This document shows positions 12,487 to 27,300 of a stretch of DNA of 64,000 nt, piece by piece (within the stretch, counting starts at the first letter, position 1; the number at the start of each line of letters is the position of its first letter). The translations under genes were made by a program, and so were the position numbers. The stretch lies in the NCBI GenBank assembly GCA_000182565.2, contig KQ257468.1, one strand, 5' to 3'. The notes under the pieces were generated by a model. That model did no database searches, had not been told where the DNA came from, and saw only the letters and a program-made list of their open reading frames with translations. The DNA is from Spizellomyces punctatus DAOM BR117. Taxonomy: Eukaryota.

Positions 12487-15400
12487 TCACTGTTGCTTTT
12501 TCACTGCCGGGGGGCTAGCCGCACCACTGGCGGTACCCGTATTCCCACCAACGTTAGGGCCGTGCTGGTATGCGCCATGGTAACCATGAACAGGCATCAC
12601 GCCACCCGGTATGACATTCGCTGCTGGTGTGTCGCCATTCCCTCGTCGTTTTCCAACCCCATGGCCAATAGCAGAGTCCCTAGCGGCGGCGGCAGCAGCA
12701 GCAGCCGCCGCAGCCTTCTCCTTCTCTTCGCCTAGTTGTCGCATCCACATTATATAATAGGTCCCTTCTCCTTTGTCTTCCAAGGCTCCGTTAATAGCTC
12801 CCGCAGCGGCTTTCGCCGCCTGTCGCCTTACAGCTTCTGCTCCGCGCTCCAGTAGGTCGGTATGGGTACCCCGTTCAACGATCTGTCCGTCTTTTAAGAC
12901 CAGAATCAGATCTGCATCCACAATGGTGCTGAGTCGATGTGCAATGACCAGAGTTGTTCGATTTGTTGAAAGAGTGCGCAATGAATCCTGAATGAGTCTT
13001 TCTGTAGTGTTGTCCAGTGCTGACGTTGCCTCATCCAGTAAAATAATCGAAGGATTCTTCAAAATGGTTCGCGCGATTGCAATACGCTGCTTTTCCCCAC
13101 CACTGAGCCGCAAACCACGCTCACCAACCTTTGTCTCGTACCCTGAAAGGCAAAGGAACCAACAGACCATATTAGTACCTTTTTCCTGTCGTGATATATT
13201 AAGCTTGGATTTACCATCAGGAAACGACATAATCCGGTCATGAATCTGCGCCGCCTTTGCCGCCGCTACAACTTCCTCATCGGTAGCATTGATGTTTCCG
13301 TATCGTATATTGTATCGAACCGTGTCGTTGAAGAGCACCGTATCCTAAATCAGATCTCAATAAGGGGGAGGTCATGTACATAACTGTTGCTTGGGTTCGG
13401 TACCTGAGGGACAACTCCTATGTGACTTCGCAGGGACGCCTGTTTTACGTTACGAATATCTTGCCCGTCGACCTTAATGGATCCACTTTGCAGGTCATAA
13501 AATCGGAAGAGAAGCTGTGTGCCCAAATATCAACCGTCTGTTGCGTTGAAGTAATGAAAGGCGTGCTGAACCTACCCGGAAAATGGTACTCTTCCCACCC
13601 CCTGAAGGTCCCACAAGCGCGACAGTCTTTCCAGGTGGTGCCTCGAAAGACACGCTTTTTAGTGCCGGCTGTCGTGGATCATACGCAAAAGCAACGTCCT
13701 CTATTAAATTTAAATGGTTTAGAAAAAATTTAGAAAGAGCCCTAGCAGAACGCCCACAGCAAAATACATACCGAATACGATTTTCCCTCCTTGGCGGACT
13801 GCCAAGTCCCTGGCGTTTGGTGCATCTTTAATAGATTTACCCTCTTCAAATAAATCCAACATCTTCTCCATATCAATAAAGTTCTGTTGAATGACGCGGT
13901 AGTATGTACCAAACCTGCAACGCATGGTGGATTATTCCCCGTCCCTACATGCACTCTGTCAAACATCCACGTACCAGTTCAAAGGTTGGTATAGTTGCAG
14001 CAAGTAGGTCAAAAAGGCCACAAAGTCACCAACAGTCAATTGCCCATCCGCAACCCGCTTTCCGCAGAGTAATAGTCCCGTCAACAAGCCAAGAGTAATA
14101 ACCAAATTCTGCGCAGTGTTGAGGACATTCAGACTCGCGCTGCTTTTCCAGTCGGCCGCTTGAAAACGACGGATTGCCTCATCATACGCATTGACTTCCC
14201 AAGCCTCGTTGTTGTAGTACTTGACAGTTTCAAAGTTTAGCAGCGAATCGACAGCTTTGGCTCGGGAAGCACTATCAAGGTCATTCATCTCCCGACGGAA
14301 CTTGGTTCGCCATTCGGTAATCCATATAGTGCAGGCGATATACAGGACCATCGTCACAAAAACGATCATGGCGATTGCCCAGTCAAACGTGATCAGAAAG
14401 ACTATTACAGCAAGTCCAATGTCGACAAATACAGGTAGAATGTTAAATGCGAGGTAAGACAAGAGAGAACCGATAGATGACGTTCCGCGGTCCATGACTC
14501 GCAGTACCTCTCCTGTCTTGCGGTTTATATGGAATTGAAGGGACAGCGAATGAAGGTGCTCCAGCATTCGCACGGACACTTCCCGAGTAGTGTATTGTCC
14601 AACAGGAATCCAGAGGAAGTACTGTAGGGAGGAGAGTAAACCCACGCCACCTTGCAAAAACCGGAAGGCGGTATACAGAAGAATGGCACCCCAGCAAAAG
14701 TACGGACGCCGCTTGTTTGGATCAGTTTCCCCATTCGGCGTAAGGTCGTCAACGACTCGTTTATATTGCAGAGGCACCAGCACGTTAACGACTCGGCCCA
14801 GTGCGAGCAGAACGAAACAAAAAATCACCAGGAATTGCAAGTGCAAGGGTTTGGGCCAAAGGAAAGGCATTAACTTGCCAACCTTCCTCCAGGTGTCTTG
14901 CCAGGTTGAAGTACTCGCAGGTGTGTTTGTTGCCGGTACTGTCTGGACAGATTCGACATCGCTAGCGCGTTGATTAGGAGACATTCTGCCGACCAGGAGG
15001 GTGATAATAAGACCCAATAGCAACGCGAAGCGCATGACGAAAATGATGAAATATGTTATGTCTAGAGTTGCGTCAAGCATGGTCACTTCTATTGTGGAAA
15101 TACACCAATTAGTCGACCGTACACATCTTCAGCATGTTACTTCGTCCATACCATCTAGCGGATGAGTCATAGCGACAATCCACTGGTAAAGCTGGACAGT
15201 CTCCACGATAAAGGCCAGTATCCAAAATTGTTTGACAGGCATCGGCACACGATCTCTCGGCATTTCATGCCACTCGTTTCTGTCCAGCGTCGCTGCAAAG
15301 AACACAAATGTTGACGCTATCAGCCAAGCAAACGAAGCCAGGACATCGGCGACAGTGCGCGCGGACAAATCTTGAATGATGGTGGTGGGCACTTCCGGAT

Positions 15401-15844
15401 GGGTTGCTCGATAAAAGTCGAGACCAAGGTTGATCAAAAACGTAAGAAGGACGAGTGGTGAAATTATCCTTGCAATGATGGAACTCAAGGATCTGGTCGC
15501 GTGCGATTCGTGGCTACGTTCCGCTTGCTCCGCAGCCTAAATAAATAAGGCAGGTTACACGGCCATATATGTTGCAAGAATCTAATAAATAGGATAACAT
15601 GAGCAGCGCAACCCACCTGCCCATCCTGCTGCAACAAACGCTGCCGCTCTCCTGAACTCGAACGAGCATCTCTCAATACGCCAAAGTACCAGACAGATCC
15701 AGCGACAACAATAAACGCCAACAGTATAGCCGACGTTATTGTGTCAAGCAAGCAAGGTGCAATCCTCCCGCTCAAGACGTACGGACCGGGGCAGAAAGAT
15801 GTTTCCGCTGGGACAAAAGACGGCGAGAGAGGTGAGGTTTGCAT
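12487..15844 (-). CDS. HMT1: Half-size ABC transporter, HMT1/ABCB6 (heavy-metal tolerance) type, multi-exon
   Basis: Hydrophobic N-terminal extension. TMD with [20 protein letters not shown] and [14 protein letters not shown]. Walker [10 protein letters not shown], signature LSGGEKQR, Walker [12 protein letters not shown]. Ala-rich tail. Confidence 0.88.
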
Positions 15845-17348
15845 TCCGGGCGATGGCGACGAACACCTGTTGACAAGTCTCGTATGTACAGTTTTGTTGG
15901 TCTACAGAAATTGAGACTAGGATTCCTAAATTTGATCAGGACAAGTAGATCAGTGATCCGGGTTGGGTTTGGCTTGTACCGTTGCTTTTCAATGTTCGTG
16001 GGAGACGTACCTCGGGTCTCCCTTTTCTGCGCGTCGTTATGCTTTTCAGAGTGCACGGTAGTCCCACACTTTCAAGTAGCGCAAGGCAACAAAGAATGCT
16101 ACCAAGTGCAGCGCCGTCAATCAGCAGACAATGCCTGTCAACCGAACACGAAGCGATTTTCGACAGCAAACCAACAAAGAAAAAGGTTTCCCATTGAAAG
16201 CGGCTGCGAAAATAGTTGGGAGACAAGTCACGTTGCATTTGATGATTGGATCCACATTAATGTTCTAATAAAGGGACTTTTGATAATAAGAGTATCAGTG
16301 GATGGAGATAAGTAAAACACACAGCGGTGATGGCATGGTTTTTTTTTTTTTTTGTAACGGACACGCATGGCAGGCAAAAGATGGGTACAGGAAAGGATTC
16401 CAGTCGCAGGAAGTTGGGATGCTTTTACACTCAAGTAACGAATAACTTTTGGTTATGGAATGTATGCCTCTTGATGGGATTTCCATTTGCAACGGTTTTG
16501 GATACGTGAGTATCGCTATGGAAGGATATGCAGGTTGCGACAAGGAGTTTTCAGTGTAATCTGGGTGATTTCATTGTCTATCTCAAACAACTGCATTAGG
16601 GATTTTCATAGGTTGATAGAGCGCTGGAGCCAATAAGCGAAAACGCACTTGTTTCTTTCGCTGTCTATCCTCTACTAGATTCAAGAGCATGGCTATCATG
16701 CGCTTAGAGTTTCTATTACCTTTTGTCTGGCGTCCTTTGTTATCATCCTGATCATATCTCTGTTACGGCTGCCTCGTGTACCCAGTGCATTGTAATACTT
16801 TGTGATGGGTACAGTCGTCGCATTATCGCTAAGACGCGAAGAACACAGATGAAGAAGGCTCTTAGACAACTCTCTGAGAACCATCAGGTTGGATGGCTAC
16901 AATACACATACACCTTGCTTTGGGTAAACCAACTGAATGGGCTCTTGCATTCATATAACTGGCGAGATCAAAGACATTTGCAGATTGTGATGGCCATAGG
17001 TTGACCTGGGAGCATCAGTCTTTCTCCAATTTGCTGCCGCCGTGCCCAAAACCACAATGCCTCTTGCTGTGACATAATGAGATGCATCCCTCACGATCGG
17101 GTACAAATCTCAGAATCAAAATACGACAAGCATGATAGGTTCACATGGAGTAAAGATGATTACTCGCTTATTACCAAGAGCCGATCCCAAGGGTTGTTCT
17201 GATCGTGGGGTTAGCAAAAGGAAATTAAAAATAATGTCCAAGCCTCCCCCTACAAAACACGCCGTTTGGCCGCTTTTCAAAACGGTCACGCCCTCGTCTT
17301 CCCAAAAGTATTTCTCACTCCGACATTCAAACACCGCATCTGTCAACC

Positions 17349-18234
17349 ATGTCCAGCAAAACTCTCCTCCTCATTTCCGCTCTCGCCTTCTCAGCACCTC
17401 TTGCACATGCTCAAGGATCTTGGGCACGCAGGATCTACTACACCGACAACACCTGTAGCACCAATGTTGGCTATCAAACGCACGTCTACTCGCCGCACGC
17501 AGCCTGCCCTGCGGTGCAAACTCCTGTTCCTATCAACCAAGTGTGTGAGAATAAATCCACCAACGCAAAGGTGCCTTCCTCCGAGGGAACAGGCTGCGAC
17601 GACGTAAAACAAAACTCACAAGTCAGTGATGCGCCGTACTTCCCTCCCGCCGGCCAAGGAAATAAGATCCCCAACGCGAACTATCTGACTGTGAACCAGT
17701 ACAATCAAGCGAATGGATGTGCGCTAGGGAATGGGGAGGTAGTCATTACGCAAACCATGTACGCTGCAGATGGAAAATGTTACGTTATGGAACCTGGCAT
17801 GTATTTCAAGGCAGCTTGTAACAGTGCCGCAGGTGTTGTCCAGTGGTGCAAGTAAGTTGATGGCCTTTGTTGGCACACTTGAATACCTGGCTTAACATAT
17901 TTTCCTTCCCAATAGTGACGATCAATGTAGTGACTGCCCGTCTGCCAAGGCAGAGACATATCTCGCAAACTGTGGAGGGCCCATGATCCAGGGTCAGCCT
18001 GCAAAGAGTATTTGTGTCCTAGCTGCAGGAGCAGTGGACCAACCTCTCCCGTCAATCAACGGTACAACACTCCCCTCTGGCACGATTACACAGCCAGTGC
18101 CAGCATCGACTGCTACTGGAACCGCCACCTCCACGCCGTCTACAACCGCAAACGCGAAATCAGATGCCGGTCACTCTCTTAGAGGCGCCTTTGGTGCGAT
18201 AATGATGGGCATTTTGGGCGCATTCACGTTTTAA
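17349..18234 (+). CDS. Secreted Cys-rich, probably GPI-anchored cell-surface protein (intron ~17852-17914)
   Basis: Signal peptide MSSKTLLLISALAFSAPLAHA, Cys-rich body, S/T-rich stalk and hydrophobic C-terminus. Splicing joins ORFs 17349 and 17983 in frame. Confidence 0.8.
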
Positions 18235-18329
18235 AGGATAGATAGAACTCTCACGTCTAGTGAGTGCTTTTGTAGTTACTCGTTTAGATTCATACAATCT
18301 ATGTTCCAATATAATAAGATGTCATATAG

Positions 18330-18353
18330 ATATATATATATATATATATATAT
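18330..18353. repeat. (AT)n microsatellite between convergent 3' ends
   Basis: Direct reading. Confidence 0.9.
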
Positions 18354-18383
18354 AACGATTAAGTACAATCTGGATCGTTTCCC

Positions 18384-19857
18384 CTATCGACCCCAATCAT
18401 GGCGAATGGATGCATACAACATATCAAACGCCTCTTTCCCTTCCACAATTTCCTTTGGCCTATCCTTGCTTTCCTTCTCAAAGCCTGGATAATCTCCAAA
18501 TGGCACCTCGGTCTCAAGCTCTTCCTTCAAAAACTGCATATGCCACTCATGGTACAATTGCAACGCACGGATCGGATCCCCTGCCCCAGATAGTTTTATT
18601 CTCTTCATCACTCCTGGGAAGAGAGGAGGAAAATCCGACAGGTCCTGATGAGCTGTGCCGCGAAGAACACCGAATCGGGATTTTGAGGAGCATTCGGTGT
18701 GAGAGAACATATTCGCTAGAGGATCAAGGTTGATCTTCCATTGAAAGTTTTCCGACTGAACGGATATGAAGGGTTTGTCGACATGGCGCGCATCGGACAC
18801 TGCATGCATCCAAGGATCCAAGGCAATTCCACATTTGAAGGGATTGCTAGGATCTTGAAGAGCCGTCAGACAGGTTGCACCCTTGAATATCACGGAGCCG
18901 TTAGTTGTGGTCTAAAGCTGTACCCGAGCACTTGTCTCTTACCCCAAAGGAGTGTCCCGACATCACCCAATTGTCAAAATCAAATCGTCCTGTGAACTGT
19001 CCCTCAAATCCCGCTGTCCGCTTCGTTCCCATCAAATTCTCAATAGCCGCACCGGCGTCCAAGTCCCTCAACAGTTGCATGACCTCCTTCACTTCTCCGG
19101 CCTTAAACTCCACCTGACTTCGTCTGAAGCGTAACAGGTACTCGTCTACCGTCTCTCCTGGCTTCCGATCGTCATTATTGGGGTTTCTGTAGCGTATCTT
19201 CTCTTTATACGCGTTTCGGGATGCGACCGCCGCAGACCCATCACGGTGCTCAATCGCCGCAACAATGAAGCCCTGGGAAGCAATATTACCGCAAAAGGTA
19301 GAATATGTTGTTCGCATGCCGCCCAGGCCGTGAGAGAAGATCATACACGGAAGTCGAGTGGGCAATGGCGGGGAGGTGTCATCGCCCTTACCAGCATGCC
19401 GCAAAGGAGCATTTAGATACCCCGGTGTTTTGACGCCCGCCAACAAAGGATAAATAAAAGCCAACGCAAGTATTGTAGGGAGTTTTGAAAAGCTTCCGTA
19501 ACCGACCGAGTACATCGTTCCCTTTGGCAACCACTTGGCCCGGCTATGCGCTTTTGTTGCTGCCAATGTGGTCGGATAATATAATCGGATAAGCACTCCT
19601 TTCGTATTCTTGGCAGAATTCGGCGGGGTTTCAATGTCGTGCACGCCAACTGGGTATGGACCCAAGTAGTCCGGCAAGTGAGGAAATAACCGCTTGAACC
19701 ATGGACGCTGCGCAACTATAGTCTCCTTTGAAGTCAGGGACTGGCCGGACCCCGAAGTGATGGAGTTGCTGAGTGTGTTATTGAGTGTGCTTGAAGCACT
19801 GCTGGAAGTGGCATCTCCAGAAGGTTGAGACTCTTCGATGAGCTTCACTTCAGACAT
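18384..19857 (-). CDS. Platelet-activating-factor acetylhydrolase family alpha/beta hydrolase
   Basis: GPYPVG, IFSHGLGG, AAIEHRDGSA, nucleophile GHSF|GGAT split by an intron, ALDPW, HQDLSDF. Confidence 0.88.
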
Positions 19858-20177
19858 AGTGTGTGACGATATAACAAGAGATCTAGAAAATACAAAGGAT
19901 GCTTTTTGAAAACAAAGATGCTTATGCCTATTAAAAACAGAAAATGCTCTGGCGGATGCAACACTCATGCGGATGAGATGAAAGTCAACCCCATTCCTGG
20001 GGGGCAGAAACAACGTCCAGAGCGGAGATTCCAGTGGTGGTTTGACATCACAGTCCGGTTAAATTACTACTCCGCTTATTGGTTTGTGTGGATGGAATGT
20101 GCATTGGATCTCTCATCTGGCGCCACGATTGAGTGCACACGCTTGATCGTTTTCCTGCCACCATCTGTTTTTGAACA

Positions 20178-21152
20178 ATGTCATCCAACACCTGCAACCG
20201 GTTGTTGCAAAAGTATTCTGACCGCTATAAGGATGCAGTCAATCATGTCTTTCTAAAGCGGGTGGTATGTGGGACCTCTTGGCATGTATTGAAAACTCAG
20301 GTATTGACTTACGCCCCAAATAATATATCCTTGCTTGCATCAAAGGCAGACAGCACAGCAGACGAGGCATTTGAAAAATGGCTCATTCAGGACTTTCATT
20401 TTGTTGTCGCATACTTGAAGTTTTTGAGTATTGTCCTAAGTCGCGTCCCATCTGACGCATCACCCGAAACCGCCGAGGTACGGCGACAGCATCTCCAGTT
20501 CGTACTGCAGCGGCGACGGGCTAACGTTCACCGAACATGAAGGGACTGACTAAAGGGTTTCTCTCGGCACTCGGGGAAATTAGCAAGGAAGCCTTGTTCT
20601 TTAGAGATCAGGCGTCATCAATGAACATCAAACTCGGATACACTGACGACTCACTCGGTGAAACTTTCAGAAAATACATTGACTACCTCATCAAGGTTGC
20701 CAATGAATCATCGTTTCCGGAAGTCTTGATTACATTGTGGGCAGTTGAGAAAGTCTCTGTCAAATCGTGTTGGTTTTCGAGTGATCTAAGTTCTGGTGCA
20801 TTTTAACCTGTGACCAATCCTGTAGGTATACCTTGACTCATGGTCCTATGCGGCGGAACTGGTGCCCTTGAATCGACCTAATAAGTACGATAGGTTTATA
20901 AAGCACTGGGCAAACGCTGATTTTGCAAAGTTTGTCGGGTGGCTTGAGACAATTGCCAATGATGCGACCCCCGAGATCACCCCCGAGATTGAAGACGCTT
21001 TTAGAACCGTGGTTGAGGTGGGTTGCAGTTCATCCTTGGAGAAAATGACGATTGCCTAATTTCGAGGTAATAATTATTTGCTTTTCCCTGTGCAGTTTGA
21101 GGTGCAATGTTGGGATACCGCCTTGGGCACAAAGGACATGGCTTCCAGATAG
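20178..21152 (+). CDS. TenA/THI-4 (thiaminase II-like) family protein, multi-exon
   Basis: WLIQDFHFV, LWAVEK|VYLDSW, FIKHWANADFAKFV, then FEVQCWDTA after splicing. Confidence 0.8.
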
Positions 21153-21467
21153 ACAATTCTTCGATACCATAGGCAGATAGTTATTAGCATTAGCATCCGT
21201 GAAACCGCTCAAAGTACTGTTTCAATCAGGTTATAGCATCGTATTTTAGTTTACCTCAGCTGTCAAACGACGCGTGACTCAACTCTTGATGCACCTTGAC
21301 GTTTTATAAACTGCCCATTTTCCCTACTTTCCCTTCCCTTTCGGCTTGGGCATTCACTCAATCACACACATCTGTGAATGAGCTGGTTATCTACTCTCCG
21401 TCGCTTCCCGGGTCATCTGACCGACCGGCTTATCCTCACACGCTCGCTACACTCACTAGAGATCGCC

Positions 21468-23114
21468 ATGCCGTCAGCGACGTCAAAACAGAGTACGCTC
21501 CCCAGTGGCTGGCTCCTGTCACCTCGGAAGGTGCGACGAACATCTCCTCCTCCTAGTAGACAGCAGACGAGTTCAAAATCGACTGCAGCAGCACTGTCTA
21601 CAGTGTTACCACCTTCCGCTATCAAATCTGTCAGGAAGGGAACAAAGAAAGATGCAAAGACCCCTACGCCCCACAAGAAGCACACTCCGCTGATACCGAT
21701 CGACCCCTCAAAAAAGAACTATAATAAAAGGATTACGGATATACTAAGTGGTTTGTATTCTCCCCTTCAGAGTCTAGATACAATCCAATCAACAATCAGT
21801 GACATTCTTTTTCAGAACTGAGCAAAACCGAGAAGAACATCGGTAATCCATGGAAATCCCAGGCCTATTCAAAAGCCATTTTATCCATTTCTGCATATCC
21901 CAAGCCCCTAGTATCTGGAAAAGAGGCTCAGGGTCTTCCGGGGGTTGGGGAGTCCATAGCAAAGCTGGTCCAGGAAATCATTGAGACAGTCAGTATTCTT
22001 TATGGTCTTTGAATCTTGGTTATGTGGGCTAACTTTGGAGCTCAGGGGACATCAGAGAGGGTGCAAAATGAAGCCAACGACCAGCGATTGCAAACGATCA
22101 ATACGCTGATGAGAGTTAGCGGGATTGGGTAAGATCGGAGTGATCCAGGTGTTTTTCGACCAGGAGTCCCTTTCCTGACAAGGGTGATCCGCCATTCACG
22201 ATTAGGCCATCAGCAGCTGCAAAGTTTTATGATGAGCTCGGAGTTCGGTCCATCTCCGATCTTCTGCACCGTCCGCTCACACGTCATCAGAAGATCGGAA
22301 TGAAATACTTTAACGAGTTTGAAAAGCGGATTCCCCGAGCTGAAATGGATAGATGGCAGGTAGACTCCATTCAAATCTCCAAAACGTTCTGCAAGTGACC
22401 ACTCATCGACATATACTTTGCAGGCCATCATCAAAGATGTGCTCGAGGATATCGACGACCGGTTTGTGGTCACCATCGCAGGAAGTTATCGAAGAGGACA
22501 AGAGACTTGTGGCGATATTGATGTGTTGTTGACACATCCAGAGTTTACTACAAGCTCCTCATCCAACGAAGCATCCAACAGCAATCACAATGTTCTTCTG
22601 CAGCTTGTTATATCGCGATTACATGAGAAGGGATATTTGACTGATGACATCTCCCTCGGTGACGTGAAGTACATGGTGAGGCGCCCACGCTCAGCATGCG
22701 CTTTGAAAAATCATGTGCTGAATTCGTCACTTCATGCTACCTAGGGAGTATGCAAGCTCCCAGACGTCCCAAATACAGAGCCGCACATTCACCGTCGTAT
22801 TGATATTCGCCTTAGCCCTATTGACATGTACTGGCCCGCAGTGTTCCACTCGACTGGCTCGGATCAGTTCAATCGATGGATAAGGGCGCTCGCCATTGAA
22901 CAGGGGTATACGTTGAGTGAATATTCTCTGAGAACAAAGGATAAGAAAACAGGTACGATCAAAAGCCAGGTTTGTTTTTGATGGTATGTAGCATCTATAA
23001 ACTCTTAGTCGTCCATCAGGCGCTGTCGGACCCCCGGTGCGCATCTCATCGGAGGAAGATATCTTTCGACTATTGGGTGTGGAATGGAGAGCTCCAGAGC
23101 AGAGGGACTGGTAA
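21468..23114 (+). CDS. POLB: X-family DNA polymerase, beta-like (no BRCT seen), multi-exon
   Basis: 8-kDa domain with HhH GLPGVGESIA, second HhH VSGIG|PSAA, KRIPRAE, GSYRRGQETCGDIDVLLTHP, RRIDIR, TGSDQFNR, YTLSEY, SEEDIF...PEQRDW*. Confidence 0.88.
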
Positions 23115-23237
23115 TTAGGTTATCCCCCCAAGTATTACATTGTTGTCCATAGGTTTGCTGTCGTATAGGTTACAGGGAGCATCCACATAGCTTTGCAAAT
23201 GTATTTTGGATTCATGCTAAAGATATAAAACTGTACA

Positions 23238-23831
23238 TCACGCACACTGCGTTCGTCTAAAAAAGTGTCTACGATCATCTGTAGGGGAGCGGAGCTGTCA
23301 GGTTCGTGAAAGGCGAAAAATCGAATGGATTCCACCTACCCTTGGGCTCCAGCACTACCCCCTTTTCCCGCTTTATTTTTCCCTCGACTCCGTCCCTTGC
23401 TGTCCTCTCCCTCCGCCTTGACCTCCGTAGCAGTCTCTGACGGGTCTGGCAGGCCTTCGACCAGATCTCTCAAAAAGTCAAACTTTTCGACGTCCATGAT
23501 GGTTCGCTTCCTGCAACCTCAGATTAGTAAACCAACTTTACTAAGTTCGTTAAGCATCGCCATGAAGCTTACAAATGCACTGTTGTCAATTTCTTCGCCG
23601 ACCTCCCGCGCGCTTCCTTACATGCCTCGTCGATAAGTGATTGCATAAACAGTTCGAGAGCTTTTGATATGAGAATAGGTGTCGCTTGTGCAACTTTTCC
23701 CACTTCTTCATCTAGTCGCATGATTTTCTTGATGCGGGCCTGTTTTGGTCACGATTCAATAGGTGACATGCACGGACACTCCGCAATGGATAACTTACCA
23801 CAGGGAATTTCGTCTTGTAGCGCTTTTGCAT
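23238..23831 (-). CDS. BUR6: NC2 alpha subunit (DRAP1/Bur6), histone-fold, multi-exon
   Basis: Spliced product [50 protein letters not shown]...[19 protein letters not shown]. The 3' end is uncertain. Confidence 0.85.
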
Positions 23832-24355
23832 GTTGGCGCAGTCTGATTTCGGATTCCGTTAAAGTCAATGTGCAGAATGTCGTGGACACGTAGGATGCGG
23901 GAAGACAGCAGCAGAGAAAAGTAGGGCAATGTGTCGGCGATCTGGGAATGTTGCTGAACGAGCTGAGCTTAAAAGAGAGCATCCTGGACAGCAGTAGCTA
24001 AGCGGAATTGAGATCATGTGACCGTCATAACGGGGTGGCATCATTGGAAGATAAACAAATGACTATGAAAATAAACAAAGCAGCCGCTTGTGCCGTTCGA
24101 TAAGAATTTTGTGAAGTTTGTTAGAACGACTCTCAAAGGTCTCTTTAGCGATTTTTGAATCAGACATTTTGCGGGTTTTGACGGTGGGAGAATTCTGGCA
24201 TTTTGGGCTGCAAGCACTAACCGAGCAGTTTGCAGGTACGAGAAGCGATCGGCCTGAAAGGGTTTGCTTGGTCAGCCCTTAGTCACGAAATCACGTGCTA
24301 TTGCCAGCCCTTTGCGCAGCACCGCGTTCAGCGTAGACGGTTGAAATTCAGTGAG

Positions 24356-27300
24356 ATGACAGCGTCAGATTTCTGGAATACAGTAAAAGAGAGTGGTGAG
24401 TTTCTTGAGAGAAGGGCATTTGTGAAGTTTCCGCGCATACACTGTGGATTTTAAAGTGACATTTCTCTTGGTCGCTCCAGATTTAACTGTTGTCGAGCGC
24501 GTTATCCATTTGGCTTCCTCCCGACTCGGTGGTTATACACCGTCACCCAAAAACAAGCATGGGTCAAAAAGACGCTCACATTCTGACACCGGACCTGCCG
24601 AGTTGCTATGCGTATTGCGGGCCTTTGCGGCCACTCTCCCAGCAAGTGCTGAACCGCGGGCTATGGCTGAAAGAGAAAAGTTTCGACAGCTATTGCTTCA
24701 TATGGATAGGGAATGGCCTGGCATGTCTTGGAAAAAGAAGCTGCAAAGTTTGAAGCAGGTCGGAGGAAGAATTGGAGAGTCGTGCAATATTTCAACAAGC
24801 TAACGGAGTGCCAATGATTATCAGAAAGTGCATCAAAATAACCCAACATCGATACGACAATCTCAACGGCGTGAACCTCAAGAGGACAGTTTCCAGCCAC
24901 CAGGTCCAGGAAACTCATCGCATAGCGCACCGGGGACTTCAACACTGGACATGTCATCAATCACCTACTGCCCACATCATTCACAAACGTTTCTACATCA
25001 GTTTCATAGCAGTTCTTTGCACAATACCGCATCAACCGTACTCCCTACACATAACGGCGAAAGCACTGATGCAACACTTTGTCCCGTGAGCGCTAGCATT
25101 AATATGAGCTCCATACTCCCAGACTCGGGCGTGCGGGAGACGATTTTGGATCATTCGTTGCAAAGCATCGCGGCGAATGTACCCATAGAAACAGCTGAAG
25201 ATGAAAAAGGTGCGCAAAAGTGATCTATGGAATCACTGACTCGAATTAACCGAAACTATTTTATATCGAAGCTATCAAGGCCACACGAATCATGATGGTA
25301 CGCGCGTTTTACGCTTGGCATGGGTAAGCGGGGTAATCTTCTTGTCTTCTCAAAATATATGGAAAGTGTTTACCAGAGTTTTGCGACAGGTACGCTAAAG
25401 CCGTGAAATCACGCAAAACACGACTAGTCACACAATGGATGGTGGCCCTCCGGTCATGGCAAACCCATACATGCAAGCGATATTTTCGCAGGTGGCTTCA
25501 AGTGACTAGACAATGTCAGGTACGCGATACGCAATCAAACCTTTTAGTAAACTGATCCTAACTTTTTTTTTATGGGTTCCTCAGCACGCTCGAAATGTCA
25601 GATTGGCCCAAACTGCGCTACATAACCTTCAAATGAACGTTACTCGTGTGCAATCGTCGATTCAAGAATTCCAAACACGCACCTTGATTCGTCGGACGTT
25701 TTTGAGATGGTTTCACCATGCAGAGCATTCGTATGCAAAGCGGCGGAGGATTGCAGTTGCAGAGTCGGTGGTCACAAGAAGAAGGTGTCGTAGTTTGCAG
25801 ACAGAGGCTTTCCGGGTAAGTCTCCTTGTGGTACTGCTATCGTGTCTGCCATGTCCTTGATTGTTGCCAGGCATGGCTTGGGGCCTATAGGTATAGGGTC
25901 ATCCTGGCCTCACACGCACGGTGGCTTGAAAGCAGATATGTAAATACATTACTGCAAACAGCGTGGACGAGCTGGCGACGTGCACTCGAGGATGGTATGG
26001 GGTCCCACATGTGATGTTCCTTTCATCACCTTTTCTCATGTCATCTTTCCTTTGGATTTGTAGCACACAGGCTACAACGCTTTGATGCCAGGCATAAGCT
26101 GCGTAAACTTTCAGACTGTTTTTCAAAATGGAGAGTTGGGTGGGTACACTGAAATGCTTTAACGTCTTCTTTGACCGCGTAATGATGTCGTACTGGTCAG
26201 ATGCACGACGGCACGATACAGTAAACTGGCATTCAAAGCCGTCCAACATCGACATGATTCTGGGATCATGTCACGTTTCTTTGATCACTGGCTGCAACGG
26301 TATGTATTGTGGCGCACTCTGTGGTATTTCGAAATGTATTAAAGCTGTTCCCAGGACAAGAGATCGAGCGGCGTATCGTCAACTTATTGAAACGTCTCTT
26401 TGGTGGCACCGACAATCGTCCATGAAGAGGGTTCTTAGCTGGTGGAAGCGGTATTGGTCCTTGCGCGAGATGGCGCGAGTTGTGTCGGGGCGGCGTAGGC
26501 TGGCGACGGTACGATGGGTATGGAATTCTTGGACACGACATCGGTAAGCAATTTTAATTGAACATGACCAGTGCGTTATGCAAGGCGATAACTCAAGGAA
26601 ACTGTAGGAGAGATCAGTTGGAGGTGAAGGAGAATGCCTTTTCAGTGGCAGTAAAACGTCCATTTCGTAGATGGAGAACGTTGACGCGGCGAATGAAGGT
26701 TGTTTGCAGGTTGTGAATGTTTGACTTGTTGGCCCTAACTTGATACAATTAGTTTATTTCGATTAGGTCCTCAAAAAGACTTGTAGATTGTATATCGAGT
26801 TACGAGATAAGCGGAAACGGGGTCGCGTTTTCACTTTATGGAAAGACATGGCGGATAGGAACAAGGTTTTTTGATTGTCTGCGTTGCGGTTGCTTTGGGT
26901 TTTATCATGTCATGCTAACCAATGCACAAGGTTGTCCGACAGGCAACAATAATGTTTTCTGAACGGAAACGGCATCATCTTTTGCAAGACACATGGCGGA
27001 AATGGCGACGAGCAAATGAGGTTCAACAGGTATGTATCCATTCATTTTATCCCTATCCCAGAAGAGGAAGCTGACAAAGAGTGTCCGACACGCAGGCCAT
27101 CGGGACCAAAATATTTGCATTAGAAACACGGCTGAAATGCTACGTGCAAGAAAAATACTTTTGTTCATGGCACTTGCATTGGGTGCTTCGTAAGCAGATT
27201 GCCAGATACCGGCGGATGTTGTTGGTCAAGGTTATTAGGATATGGGTGCAGAGGTTTCGTCATGTTCGAGATGACCTTCCAGGTAGGTGCTTCAAGAGCG

